From the human T2T-CHM13v2.0 reference genome, Homo sapiens: 64,000 nt of DNA. Shown here piece after piece: positions 29,110-44,962 of this stretch. The notes under the pieces were generated by a model that had not been told where the DNA came from, did no database searches, and worked only from the letters and a program-made list of their open reading frames with translations. The stretch is from the NCBI RefSeq assembly GCF_009914755.1, contig NC_060926.1. One strand, 5' to 3'. Numbering within the stretch: position 1 is the first letter of the stretch; each line of letters starts with the position of its first letter. Position numbers and translations under genes: made by a program.

Positions 29110-29628
29110 GCTAGAAGACACCGTGGCACAGTGTGTGAGCATGGGCTGCACCCTCCTCAAGGGATGGGACTCCGAGGCCCCTCTGCCCCCCAAATCTGCC
29201 CCAGGAGGTGCCGGTGTTTACGCATGGACAGATGTGTGCCTCCCCAGGAACTGGGGCACCTGAGACTCAAAACGCTGACCAGCTGCTTCTTCGGCAGCAG
29301 TCAGCCACAGCATCTCGACCTGGAACTGCTTCTCAAACAATGCAGCCTTGAGTGGAGAAACCTGCAGCCCCTCCCCCTATGGATGTCCCGTGACAGCCAT
29401 TTCTCTAGAGAGCAGAAACCCACACTCCCCCGACTGTGTTTCCAGGGGCTGCTTGCCAGGGCCGCGGCAGTGTTCTGGCCTCCCTGGAGGCCACAGATGC
29501 CCAGTGCCCCTCTGGGTGCTCTGCCCTCCTCTTCCCCCCGCAGAGAGCTCTAGGCAGGGCTTTCTCCCTCACTGAGCTTCCCTCCAACAGAGTTTGGGGA
29601 GAGTAATGCTGGGACACAGGGAGAAGCA

Positions 29629-30257
29629 GGAACCCCCAAACAGGGTAGCGACAGGACTAAGGGAAGCGGAGGGAACCCCCAAACAGAAGAGTGACAGGAC
29701 CAAGGGGAGGGAACCCCCAAACAGGGGAGCGACAGGACCAAGGGGAGGGAACCCCCAAACAGGGGAGCGACAGGACCAAGGGAGAGGGGAGGGAACCCCC
29801 AAACAGGGGAGCGACAGGACCAAGGGAGAGGGGAGGGAACCCCCAAACAGGGGAGCGACAGGACCAAGGGAGAGGGGAGGGAACCCCCAAACAGGGGAGC
29901 GACAGGACCAAGGGAGAGGGGAGGGAACCCCCAAACAGGGGAGCGACAGGACCAAGGGAGAGGGGAGGGAACCCCCAAACAGGGGAGCGACAGGACCAAG
30001 GGAGAGGGGAGGGAACCCCCAAACAGGGGAGCGACAGGACCAAGGGAGAGGGGAGGGAACCCCCAAACAGGGGAGCGACAGGACCAAGGGAGAGGGGAGG
30101 GAACCCCCAAACAGGGGAGCGACAGGACCAAGGGAGAGGGGAGGGAACCTCCAAACAGGGGAGCGACAGGACCAAGGGAGAGGGGAGGGAACCCCCAAAC
30201 AGGGGAGCGACAGGACCAAGGGAGAGGGGAGGGAACCCCCAACAGTGGAGCGACAGG
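29629..30257. repeat. 44-bp GC-rich VNTR (about 14.5 units)
   Basis: Unit gggaacccccaaacaggggagcgacaggaccaagggagagggga x11 at 29747-30230, with one C>T variant in the unit at 30143; preceded by two 38-bp units and one degenerate unit, and followed by a partial unit. Confidence 0.97.
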
Positions 30258-30897
30258 TGTTGATCCATTAATAAGACCTATGGGAAGAAAAATATACATT
30301 CAAAATTACTTCCCACATTATTAGGGATTTTAATTAAATTCCTTGATAATATTTGAAAACCTACGTACTATTTATTTTCAGTGTTAAAGTACTTTCAGGC
30401 CACTTCAAGTTAAAAATGAACACTTGAATTCATTCGTCCTGCACTGAAGCTGGGCCCATGAAGCTCTGAGAAAGGACACCGCCCTTCCTGAGACTGGGCC
30501 TCACTGCTCTCATTCCTTCCGCGGCAGGAGCAACGGCCTCAGCAGAGGCGCTCGGGCAGATTCCTGTCCTGTGAGAACTCAGAGTCTCCGTATTTCCTCA
30601 AATGCTTCACCAGGGTGTTATTTCTTAAACAAAAAACTTAAACAAAAAATTCCATGAATTTTAAAACTTAAAAAAATGTTATGACGTCAGAAGCCATGGG
30701 GGTCCAGGTTTGCCTTCTGGGCCACCCAGGCATCTTTCCAGTCTGGGATTTGTAGGGACTTAGAGGTGGCTCCCACCACTCCGGGACTGTGGAGGATGAA
30801 GAGGGCGTGGCATCACAGAGGGGGCGTACTCGGGGTTCCCTGTGCTGTTCTCTGGGGCTGCTCACGCGCATCACAACACAACGAGTCCATTCCTCAC

Positions 30898-30965
30898 CTG
30901 TCAGCTGTCAGATCTTTATCCTTCTTTGCCTTCTTCTCTTTCTTTTTGCCTTTCTTTCCTTTCTT
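30898..30965 (-). CDS. IQCA1: IQCA1 coding exon (68 nt; 65 nt if the second AG is used): KKGKKGKKKEKKAKKDKDLTAD(R)
   Basis: ccttttttt-ccaaAG|aAG tandem acceptor, GTGAGG donor (30896-97), phase 0 to 2, joining DK...TADR-TIES. Confidence 0.92.
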
Positions 30966-31325
30966 CTTTGGAAAAAAAGGAAATAACCAACAATTTAGTC
31001 AAAACAAGCAAGCAAATAAGTCCTAGAAATTAGCTAAGCACGTTGTTTTCTGGGGGTGGTGGGAGGTGGAAAGTTAATTGTGGTGGCGTGAACACAGAGC
31101 TGCCGTGTTTTCATGAACGTAGGGACTGGCCTGGAAAATCCCAAGTTGCTTATGTGGTGTGTCCTTGTGTGGACAGACGTGAGGTCCCCACTGTGGAACT
31201 TGCACAGGGCCAAATTCCAAACAGGGAAGAGCATTCTGACTTTCTGGGCTCTGGCTTGGTGTCCCACAAAGGATGAGAGTGCCGTGTGCACATACAGGAG
31301 TCAAGCTGTGCTCACCTTTGGTGCC

Positions 31326-31681
31326 TGATATAAGCTGAATGCTTGTGTTCCCCCAAAACTCATGAGTTGAAGCCTACCCCCAAGGTGCTGGTATTAAGAG
31401 ATGGGGCCTTTGGGAGGCAATTAGGTCACAAGGGTTCCACTCTCATGGAGAGGTCTGAGGGAGCTTGTTCACCCGTTCCACCATATGAAGACACAGCTAG
31501 GAGGAACCATCTTTGAAGTGGATAATGAGGCCTCACCAGACACAAAATCACCAGACTTCGAGTCCGCTGGTGTCTTGATCTTGGACTTCACAGCTCCCAG
31601 AACTATGAGCTATTAATTTCTGTTGTTTATAAATTACTCAGCCTAAGAACGTTGTTATAGCAGTCCAAACAGACTAAGGCA
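31326..31681 (+). mobile_element. MLT1A-type MaLR solo LTR
   Basis: tgatataagctgaatgcttgtgttccccc...gttatagcagtccaaacagactaaggca; TSD gtgcc/gtccc. Confidence 0.85.
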
Positions 31682-31914
31682 GTCCCAATCGCCTTTCACA
31701 GCTCCCAGAACTATGAGCTATTAATTTCTGTTGTTTATAAATTACTCAGCCTAAGAACGTTGTTATAGCAGTCCAAACAGACTAAGGCAGTACCCAATCG
31801 CCTTTCGCAGCTCCCAGAACTATGAGCTATTAATTTCTGTTGTTTATAAATTACTCAGCCTAAGAACGTTGTTATAGCAGTCCAAACAGACTAAGGCAGT
31901 CCCAATCACCTTTC
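31587..31914. repeat. Tandem triplication of a 108/109-bp unit (LTR 3' end plus flank)
   Basis: cagctcccagaactatgagc recurs at 31591, 31699 and 31808; copies are nearly identical. Confidence 0.96.
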
Positions 31915-32009
31915 TCTGTTGGCATCTAGCCCCACATCTGGAGCCCTCAGGGCCTGGCAACAGTCTACCTCTAGTTCCCAAGGGGCTTTGCACTCAGGTA
32001 CTTGTGACA

Positions 32010-33957
32010 GCCTAGAGAGACATGCTTCAAATGTGCTTATTTCATGTGCTTATTTGCCATCTGTACATCCTCTTCAGTGTGATGTCTCTTTATGTCTTTC
32101 ACTTGTTTTCTAATTGGGTTGCTTGTTTCTTAACTTCTGAGTTTTGAGAGTTCTTTATATGTTTATTGTTTCAGAGTTCTATATATGTCTAGTATATGAA
32201 TACTAGATCTTTGTCAGATATGTGGTTTGCAAATATTTCCTCCCAGTCTGTAGCTTGTCTTTTTATCCTCTTAACAGGGTCTTTCACAGAGCAATCATCT
32301 TTAGTTTTGATGAAGTCCAATATTTCCTTTTAAAAATTGTGTTTTGGATGCTAATTCTAAGAACTCTTTATCTAGCCTAGCCCCCAAAGTCTTCTCTTTT
32401 TGTTTTTCTAAAAGTTAAGTCTGTGACCCATTTTGAATTAATTTTTATATAATGTGTGAGACTTAGGTTGAGGTCCATTTCTTTTTGCTTATGGATCTCC
32501 AGTTACTCTGGCACTACTTATTCAAAAGTGTCTCTTTCCTCCTTTGAATTGCTTTTGCACCTTCATCAAAAGTCAGGTAGGCATGTTTGTGTGGGCCTAT
32601 TTCTAGGATCTCTGTCCTGTTCCACTGATCTATGTGTTTAGCTCTTTACCAATAGCATACAGTCTTGATTACTGTAGCAATATGATAAGCCTTAAAATTG
32701 AGTAAATTGGTCCTTCTCACTTTATTCTTCTTTTTCAAAATTGCTTTAGTTATTCTAGTTCCATTACCTTTCCATAAAAATTTTAGAATAAATTTGTCTA
32801 TGTCTACAAATTATATTTCTGGGATTTTGATAGAATTGCATTAATCCTATCCTATAAAAATATCCTAATGGACATTTTTACTATGTTGAGTCTTCCAATT
32901 CATGAATATGGTATGTCTGTCTATTCAGATCTGCTTTGATTTCTTTACTGGCATTGTGCAGTTTTAACATACAAGTCCTATACCTGTTTTGTTAGATTTA
33001 CACATATGTATTTCATTTTTTGAGTGATTTAAAAATCACATTCCATTTTAACTTTGGTGTCTATGTATTCATTGATGATATGTAGAAATATAATTGATTT
33101 TTGCATGTTTATCTTATATCCTGCACCCTTGCTGATGTAAGCTGATTTGGAGTTTGTAGATTCCTTGGGATTTTCCACAAGAAAATAATGTCATCTGTAA
33201 ACAAAACCTTTTAACCTTATAATAGTTTTAGATTTACAGAAAAATTACAAAAACAGTACAGAAATACCTCTCACATAATTTTCCATATTAACATCTTACA
33301 TCAAGTATGGGACATTTGTCACAACTAAGAAACCAACATTGGTATAATATTATCAATAAAAACCCGAAGTTTATTAGGTTTCCACTAATTTTTCCCTAAT
33401 ATCCTTTTGTTTTCCAGGATCCCAGGAAGGTTTTGGAGTACTGATCTAACGTCTTTATTTGTTATTGGTGTGTTGAAGCTTTCTATTTCTTCTAGATTTG
33501 GTCTTGGTAGGTTGTATATTTCTAAGAATGTATCCATTTCTTCTAGGTTGTCCAACTTATTAGCATATAATTGTTCATAACAGTCTCTTATGATCTTTTT
33601 CGTTTCTTTGACATTGGTTGTAATTTCCTCTGTTCTATTTCTGAAGGTATTTAAATCTCATCTTTTTCTTAGTCTAGCACAGAGTTTGTCAATTTTTAAA
33701 ATCCTTTCAGAAAACCAGCTCTTAGTTTTATCATTTTTTCCTATTGTCTATCTATTCTCTATTTCATGGATTTCTGCTCTAATCTTTGTTATTTCCTGTC
33801 TTGTGCTAGCTTTGGGTTTAATATTCTCCTCTTGATCTAGTTCCTTGAGGTATGTTGGTTATTTGAGATTGTTCTTTTTTAATGTAGGCATTTATTGTGA
33901 AAAACTTCCCTCTTAGTATTGCCTTTGCTACATCCTATAATTCTTGGTATGTTGTGT
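32010..33957 (-). mobile_element. Old L1M fragments (host of the young L1)
   Basis: Degenerate antisense L1 ORF2 motifs (ctttgtcagatatgtggtttgcaaatatt; ttgagtcttccaattcatgaatatgg); an L1MC-like 3' piece at about 33200-33420. Confidence 0.8.
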
Positions 33958-34210
33958 TGTCATTTTTTTTTTTTTTGTTTTGTTTTTAAAACAACTTTTT
34001 TTTTTATTATACTTTAAGTTTTAGGGTACATGTGCACATTGTGCAGGTTAGTTACATATGTATACATGTGCCATGCTGGTGCGCTGCACCCACTAACGCA
34101 TCATCTAGCATTAGGTATATCTCCCGATGCTATCCCTCCCCACTCCCCCCACCCCACAACAGTCCCCAGAGTGTGATATTCCCCTTCCTGTGTCCATGTG
34201 ATCTCATTGT

Positions 34211-38032
<3,822 letters not shown>

Positions 38033-38160
38033 TATGACGTTAGCTGGTTATTTTGCTCGTTAGTTGATGCAGTTTCTTCCTAGTCTCGATGGTCTTTACA
38101 TTTTGGCATGATTTTGCAGTGGCTGGTACCGGTTGTTCCTTTCCATGTTTAGTGCTTCCT

Positions 38161-39111
38161 TCAGGAGCTCTTGTAAGGCAGGCCTGGTGGTGACAAAATC
38201 TGCAGCATTTGCTTGTCTGTAAAGTATTTTATTTCTCCTTCACTTATGAAGCTTAGTTTGGCTGGATATGAAATTCTGGGTTGAAAATTCTTTTCTTTAA
38301 GAATGTTGAATATTGGCCCCCACTCTCTTCTCGCTTGTAGGGTTTCTGCCGAGAGATCAGCTGTTAGTCTGATGGGCTTCCCTTTGAGGGTAACCCGACC
38401 TTTCTCTCTGGCTGCCCTTAACATTTTTTCCTTCATTTCAACTTTGGTGAATCTCACGATTATGTGTCTTGGAGTTGCTCTTCTCGAGGAGTATCTTTGT
38501 GGCGTTCTCTGTATTTCCTGAATCTGAACGTTGACCTGCCTTGCTAGATTGGGGAAGTTCTCCTGGATAATATCCTGCAGAGTGTTTTCCAACTTGGTTC
38601 CATTCTCCCCATCACTTTCAGGTACACCAATCAGACGTAGATTTGGTCTTTTCACATAGTCCCATATTTCTTGGAGGCTTTGCTCATTTCTTTTTATTCT
38701 TTTTTCTCTAAACTTCCCTTCTCGCTTCATTTCATTCATTTCATCTTCCATTGCTGATACCCTTTCTTCCAGTTGATCGCATCGGCTCCTGAGGCTTCTG
38801 CACTCTTCACGTAGTTCTCGAGCCTTGGTTTTCAGCTCCATCAGCTCCTTTAAGCACTTCTCTGGATTGGTTATTCTAGTTATACATTCTTCTAAATTTT
38901 TTTCAAAGTTTTCAACTTCTTTGCCTTTGGTTTGAATGTCCTCCCGTAGCTCAGAGTAATTTGATCGTCTGAAGCCTTCTTCTCTCAGCTCGTCAAAGTC
39001 ATTCTCCATCCAGCTTTGTTCCATTGCTGGTGAGGAACTGCGTTCCTTTGGAGGAGGAGAGGCGCTCTGCTTTTTAGAGTTTCCAGTTTTTCTGTTCTGT
39101 TTTTTCCCCAT
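38161..39111 (-). pseudogene. L1 ORF1p, frameshifted near the C-terminus
   Basis: MGKKQNRKTGNSK...YFTDKQML then runs out of frame (QILSPPGLPYKSS). Confidence 0.93.
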
Positions 39112-40028
39112 CTTTGTGGTTTTATCTACTTTTGGTCTTTGATGATGGTGATGTACAGATGGGTTTTTGGTGTGGATGTCCTTTCTGTTTGTTAGTTTTC
39201 CTTCTAACAGAGAGGACCCTCAGCTGCAGGTCTATTTGAGTACCCAGCTGTGTGAGGTGTCAGTATGCCCCTGCTGGGGGGTGCCTCCCAGTTAGGCTGC
39301 TCGGGGGTCAGGGGTCAGGGACCCACTTGAGGAGGCAGTCTGCCCGTTCTCAGATCTCCAGCTGCCTGCTGGGAGAACCACTGCTCTCTTCAAAGCTGTC
39401 AGACAGGGACATTTAAGTCTGCAGAGGTTACTGCTGTCTTTTTGTTTGTCTGTGCCCCGCCCCCAGAGGTGGAGCCTACAGAGGCAGGCACGCCTCCTTG
39501 AGCTGTGGTGGGCTCCACCCAGTTCGAGCTTCCCGGCTGCTTTGTTTACCTAATCAAGCCTGGGCAATGGCGGGCGCCCCTCCCCCAGCCTCGCTGCCGC
39601 CTTGCAGTTTGATCTCAGACTGCTGTGCTAGCAACCAGCGAGACTCCATGGGCGTAGGACCCTCGGAGCCAGGTGCCGGATATAATCTCGTGGTGCACCG
39701 TTTTTTAAGCCCGTCGGAAAAGCGCAGTATTCGGGTGGGAGTGACCCAATTTTCCAGGTGCCGTCCGTCACCCCTTTCTTTGACTCAGAAAGGGAACTCC
39801 CTGACCCCTTGCGCTTCCCGAGTGAGGCAATGCCTCGCCCTGCTTCGGCTCGCGACCGGTGCGCGCACCCACTGACCTGTGCCCACTGTCTGGCACTCCC
39901 TAGTGAGATGAACCCGGTACCTCAGATGGAAATGCAGAAATCACCCGTCTTCTGCGTCGCTCACACTGGGAGCTGTAGGCCGGAGCTGTTCCTATTCGGC
40001 CATCTTGGCTCCTCTGCCTGTCATTTTT

Positions 40029-40930
40029 GTCTTGAGATATTTTCTAATTTCCCTGCGAATTTTTTTCTTTGACTCAATGGTTATTCAAGAGTGTGTTGTT
40101 TAATTTCCGCATATTTGTGAATTTTTCTGTATTCTTTTTGTTATTGATTTCTAGTTTCATTTCATTGCAGCTGGAAGTTACTTGGAATGTTTTCAATATT
40201 CTTATATTTATTAAGACTTGTTTTGTGACTTAGCATGTGATATATCCTGGAGAATGTTCCATGCATACTCGAGAAGAATGTGTATTCTGGTGCTGTTGGG
40301 TACAATAACTGTTAGGACTATCTGGTCCCTAGTATTATTCAAGTCTGCTGTTTCCTTATTGATTTTCTGTCTGGATGATACATTCATTACTGAGAGTGGG
40401 ATAGTGAGTTCTCCTACTATTATTGTATTGCTGTCTATTTCTCCCTTCAGATATGTTAATATTTACTTCATATATTTAGGTGCTTTGATTAAAGGTGTAT
40501 ATATAATTGTTATATCTTCCTATTGAATTGACCCTTTTATCATTAGTTAATGATCTTTTTGGTTTCTTGTGATAGTTTTTGATTTGACGTCTATTTTGTC
40601 TAAGTATAGCCATTTCTTCTCTCTTTTGCTTATTATTTGCATGAGATATCTTTTTTCCATCCCTTCACTTTCAGCCTATGTGTCCCTAAATCTGAAATGA
40701 ATCACATGTATATAGCATATAGTTGGATTTTTAAAATCCATTCAGTGACTCTGTATCTTTTGATTGGTGAGTTTAATCCATATACATCTGAAGTATTTTT
40801 TGAAAGGTAAGGACTTACTTTTGCCATTTTGTTAGGTTATTTCTATTTTGAGGTTCTTTTGTTCTTCTCTGAAGTTACAAGTTGCTGTGTAACTTAACGA
40901 TGTTTTGTAGTGATATACTTTGATTCTTTT
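40029..40930 (-). mobile_element. Continuation of the old L1M interrupted by the young L1
   Basis: Degenerate antisense L1 endonuclease region (ttgattttctgtctggatgat...tctcctactattattgtattg...aattgacccttttatcatt), collinear with 33420-33957. Confidence 0.8.
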
Positions 40931-42304
40931 CTGGTTCTGGGATCCAAAGACAGGCCCAACGCTGATTTTTGTGGGTGGGCCCACAAAAATAAAGCAGCAC
41001 AATGGTTGCAGTAAATGACTTGCTATTACTACACCACAAAAGTGGAGAAAGCTGCCATAGAAGCAAGGTGCACCCAGGGTTTGTGGGAGGCCCATGGTTC
41101 TGGGGTCCAAAGACAGGCCCAGTGCTGATTTTTGTGGGTGGGCCTGGTGTCAGGGTTTGTGGGAGGCCCATGGTACTGGGTTTCACTGGCCTGGTGCTGA
41201 GCTCCATGGTGAAGTCAGATGTTCACTTCTCTGTCCCTTTCTTCCAAGATAAAACTCATGGGTCTAGGAGATCTCTCTTGGCACTAGGCTGTGTGGGCTT
41301 TGGGGTGACATGGGTAAAGTGAAACTTTCATTCTTACTCTCTTCAGTGCATCTTTTTTTTTATGATTCTGTGCTCCACCCAGGTGCTGCAGCCTCTCACC
41401 TGAATCCCAGAGCTCTTGTGAAGTTACTTTCATCTATGGATGGTTATTAAATTGGTGTTTTCAGCTTACAGTGAAAGATCTTCAGAACACCAATTCAGTT
41501 GCCTTCAGGGTTAAACCATAATATCAACACAAAATGGATCAAGAGCCAGTCATCCTAAAAAGACCACATGCATGGCCCCTGATCTAGCAAAAGTAGTCAC
41601 AAATGCAGCTGAATGTGTGGAAACCTCTAAGAGAAAATGTGTGAATCACAGAAAGAGTGGCTCCAGTCATGGAACGTGGAGAAAGCTGCCACAGAAGCAA
41701 AGGCTGCCTATGCTCATGCCAGCACTGACAGGGAGAACTCTCCGCCCTCTACCTTGGGTATTCTGGCTCCAATGACAGGGCTGTCTCTGGAATGAAGGTA
41801 GAAGCAGGGGCCAAACTAAATGAACTTCAAATACCCTGATCTAACTAGCTACTCTAAACCACTGTGAGATGGATTGGTGGCAACTTACACTTCCAATTCA
41901 TCCAATTCCTTTCCCTATGATTCCCTCACTCACAAAAACCTGCTCATTACCATTGGCCTCCCTTATAGATCTATGTACAGGAACAGTTGGGGGCTGTTTG
42001 GGGAATGTGCTTTGGCTCTTTTGATAGTTCCCATTCTATCAGTGGGGCTTGGGTAATATGAATCTGCAACTGACCGGGGCTGGGGAGATGTTACTCTCAG
42101 ATGGTTGGGTTTATCCTATTTATGAATCCACAGGCCCAAAGGTTAAATGGTGGACCAATTAAATTTACCAAAGGCAGGCATGTTTCCCCGTGAGGTGTCC
42201 TGGCAACAGGCGGCCCTCCTGGACATGCCACAGCATGTCAGGGGCTGCTTTTCATGACTGAATCCGCTCCACCGCACCCCTCTGCAGGCTCCTTCCCCAC
42301 TCAC

Positions 42305-42400
42305 CTTGTCCTTTTTCTTTCCTGCTTTCACTGGGCGCTCCCTTTCTCTGTCCACAGCTAGCTTTAAGTTTTTAAGTTCCTGTCTCATCAACTCATCAAC
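42305..42400 (-). CDS. IQCA1: IQCA1 coding exon (96 nt): [32 protein letters not shown]
   Basis: ttctcctAG acceptor (42401-02), GTGAGT donor (42303-04), phase 0 to 0. Confidence 0.95.
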
Positions 42401-42572
42401 CTAGGAGAATACAAAACATACTACTTTTAAGTCACTTTGCATGTCTTGTGTTTTGTTTGTGAAGTTTAAAAATCCCTTAAATTATGGGGTAGGTCATTAG
42501 TAGGAAATTGTAAAGAAGCACAATGGTTGAAGTAAATGATTTGCTGTTACTACACCATAAACGTAGCTGTAC

Positions 42573-42679
42573 CTGTATCCTGATCTCTGACTGTAATTCT
42601 TTTCGTTTCTCCTCTTTGATCAGTTCTGGATCATAGTCCTGAGAGAAATTCCAAGACTCATCTTTTTTCATCCAGATTT
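42573..42679 (-). CDS. IQCA1: IQCA1 coding exon (107 nt): (E)[35 protein letters not shown]
   Basis: Long polypyrimidine tract then gtgtAG (42680-81), GTACAG donor (42571-72), phase 1 to 0. Confidence 0.94.
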
Positions 42680-44486
42680 CTACACTCCAGAAGGGTAAAG
42701 AAAAAGAAAAAGAAAAAATTTTAAAAAGATATAGGTTAATGAAATTTTAAAAAGACGTAGGTTAATTGTAAGTTATTGCAATATAAACATAAGCCTAACT
42801 TTATATGTTATTGCATAGGATAAAAGTTTGAATAAAATAAGCTGGACAGATGAGATTCATATATGTGCTTGTAAATGCACTAAAAAAAGAAAAAAAACTG
42901 CTGATGTAAAAATATTGAGTTTTAGTTTACTCAATATTTTTTAAGTGTGATACAATAGTATTCTACTGTATTATTATAATCATGTAAAAACAATATGTTA
43001 ATGCTGGGATTATACAATCACAGATGACCTTTTTTGTAATGTTTTATCTTACTTTTTTTCTTCAAATGATTCACTAAAATACGAAAGATTTTGTTGCCTG
43101 TTGAACTCTCCAGGAATTATCCCTTGCCTCCTATTACAAAACAGACAACACTAAACACACAAGTACCCAGTATTTCTCCCTAATTCAACAGCTAAATTTC
43201 TGAATTACTTTTTGGATGTTTTTGAAATCACACATATTTAAAATTTCCCTTTTGCCTCTTCCTGGTGGTTAGGAGGGTGGACCTGGAGAAACATGACCCT
43301 AGACAAAGTAAGAATAATTTCCCATCACTAAAATAAATGGAAATAGAGCTCCTTTCTCAGAAGGGAGGTTCCAAATGTATGCTGAGGTGTGGAATAGCTG
43401 GATCCTCGACGTGGGACTTGGAAGAGGTCTCCCATGGGAAGCCAAGACTTGTCATTTGGGGAAGGAGACATCTTTCTGGAATCTATGTCGAGAATGTAAA
43501 GGAAATTTGCTGGAATTTGTGAAGCTGACAACCGCCACCCAGTCTGGCCACTTCACTGGGAGCTGCCTTTAGGGTTCTGATGACCTTCAACCTAGGAAGG
43601 CAGCTGAGGACCCAGGGCACAGACAGAGGCTCCCAACCTCTAAGGGACAAGGGCTGCCCCTTGTGAAGACAGCAGAGGCTGCAGGCCTCCAAGGCAGGGG
43701 GTGGTGAATGAATGAGGGAGGCTTCTCAGCATGGCTTCCCTGACAAGCATGGCATGACCCACTGACCGAGAAGGGAGAGGGTGGTGCTCTAACTCTACAC
43801 TGGGAGGAAAGTCATAGTCACAGACAGAAGCACAAATCTGGCTGCTGGAGACCCAGAGCCATCAAACGTGAAGACCTAGCATAGAGAAGTTTCCCCAGAG
43901 AATTACATGGGCAAACTAATGGAAAGGAGGGGTTGAGTCTCTGAACAAACCACAGAGGACCAGGAACTGGCAAAAGGGATGGACAAGGAAAGGGGCAGGG
44001 ATAAGGTGCTGTGAGACCCGGGAAAAGCTAGACTCTCAGGAGAGGTGGGGAAAGCCTGGGGAGACTCTGAGGCAAACTCAGAACTGGTGAATAGGCAGGA
44101 CAATTGTCCCGAGGGTTCTGGCCACCTGCCACCTGCCTGGGGCAGCACAGCTTGGTGCAAGAGCCACTGTTTGTGGCCAGGTGGAACCCCTGCCCTACCA
44201 CCTACCAGCTGGTGACCTTAGCAGGGGATAGCCTTTGCAGAGACCATTCCCCTTTCTGAGAAATGAAAATAACCCCTTCCTCACGCTGATATGGTGATGG
44301 TAAATGGAATAAAATATATAAAGTTGTATGAATAAATTAATTTTTAATAAATATTTATATATAAATAAATATATACAGTTCCAGTTTAGCCCCAAATAGT
44401 TGCTGCCATCCCCCAGGAAGCAGAGCATCTCACAGGGTCTTAGCCTACCTCATTGACACTCTGTACCCCTCGAGGGGAGAGGATAA

Positions 44487-44962
<476 letters not shown>

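Noticed and set aside
29550-30299. Five overlapping 190-249 aa ORFs on both strands
   Set aside because: Artefact of the VNTR: the unit has no T on + and no A on -, so stop codons cannot occur; the peptides are periodic
29629-31914. Regular repeats resembling a CRISPR array
   Set aside because: Head-to-tail tandem units with no unique spacers, no cas genes, and a primate genomic context
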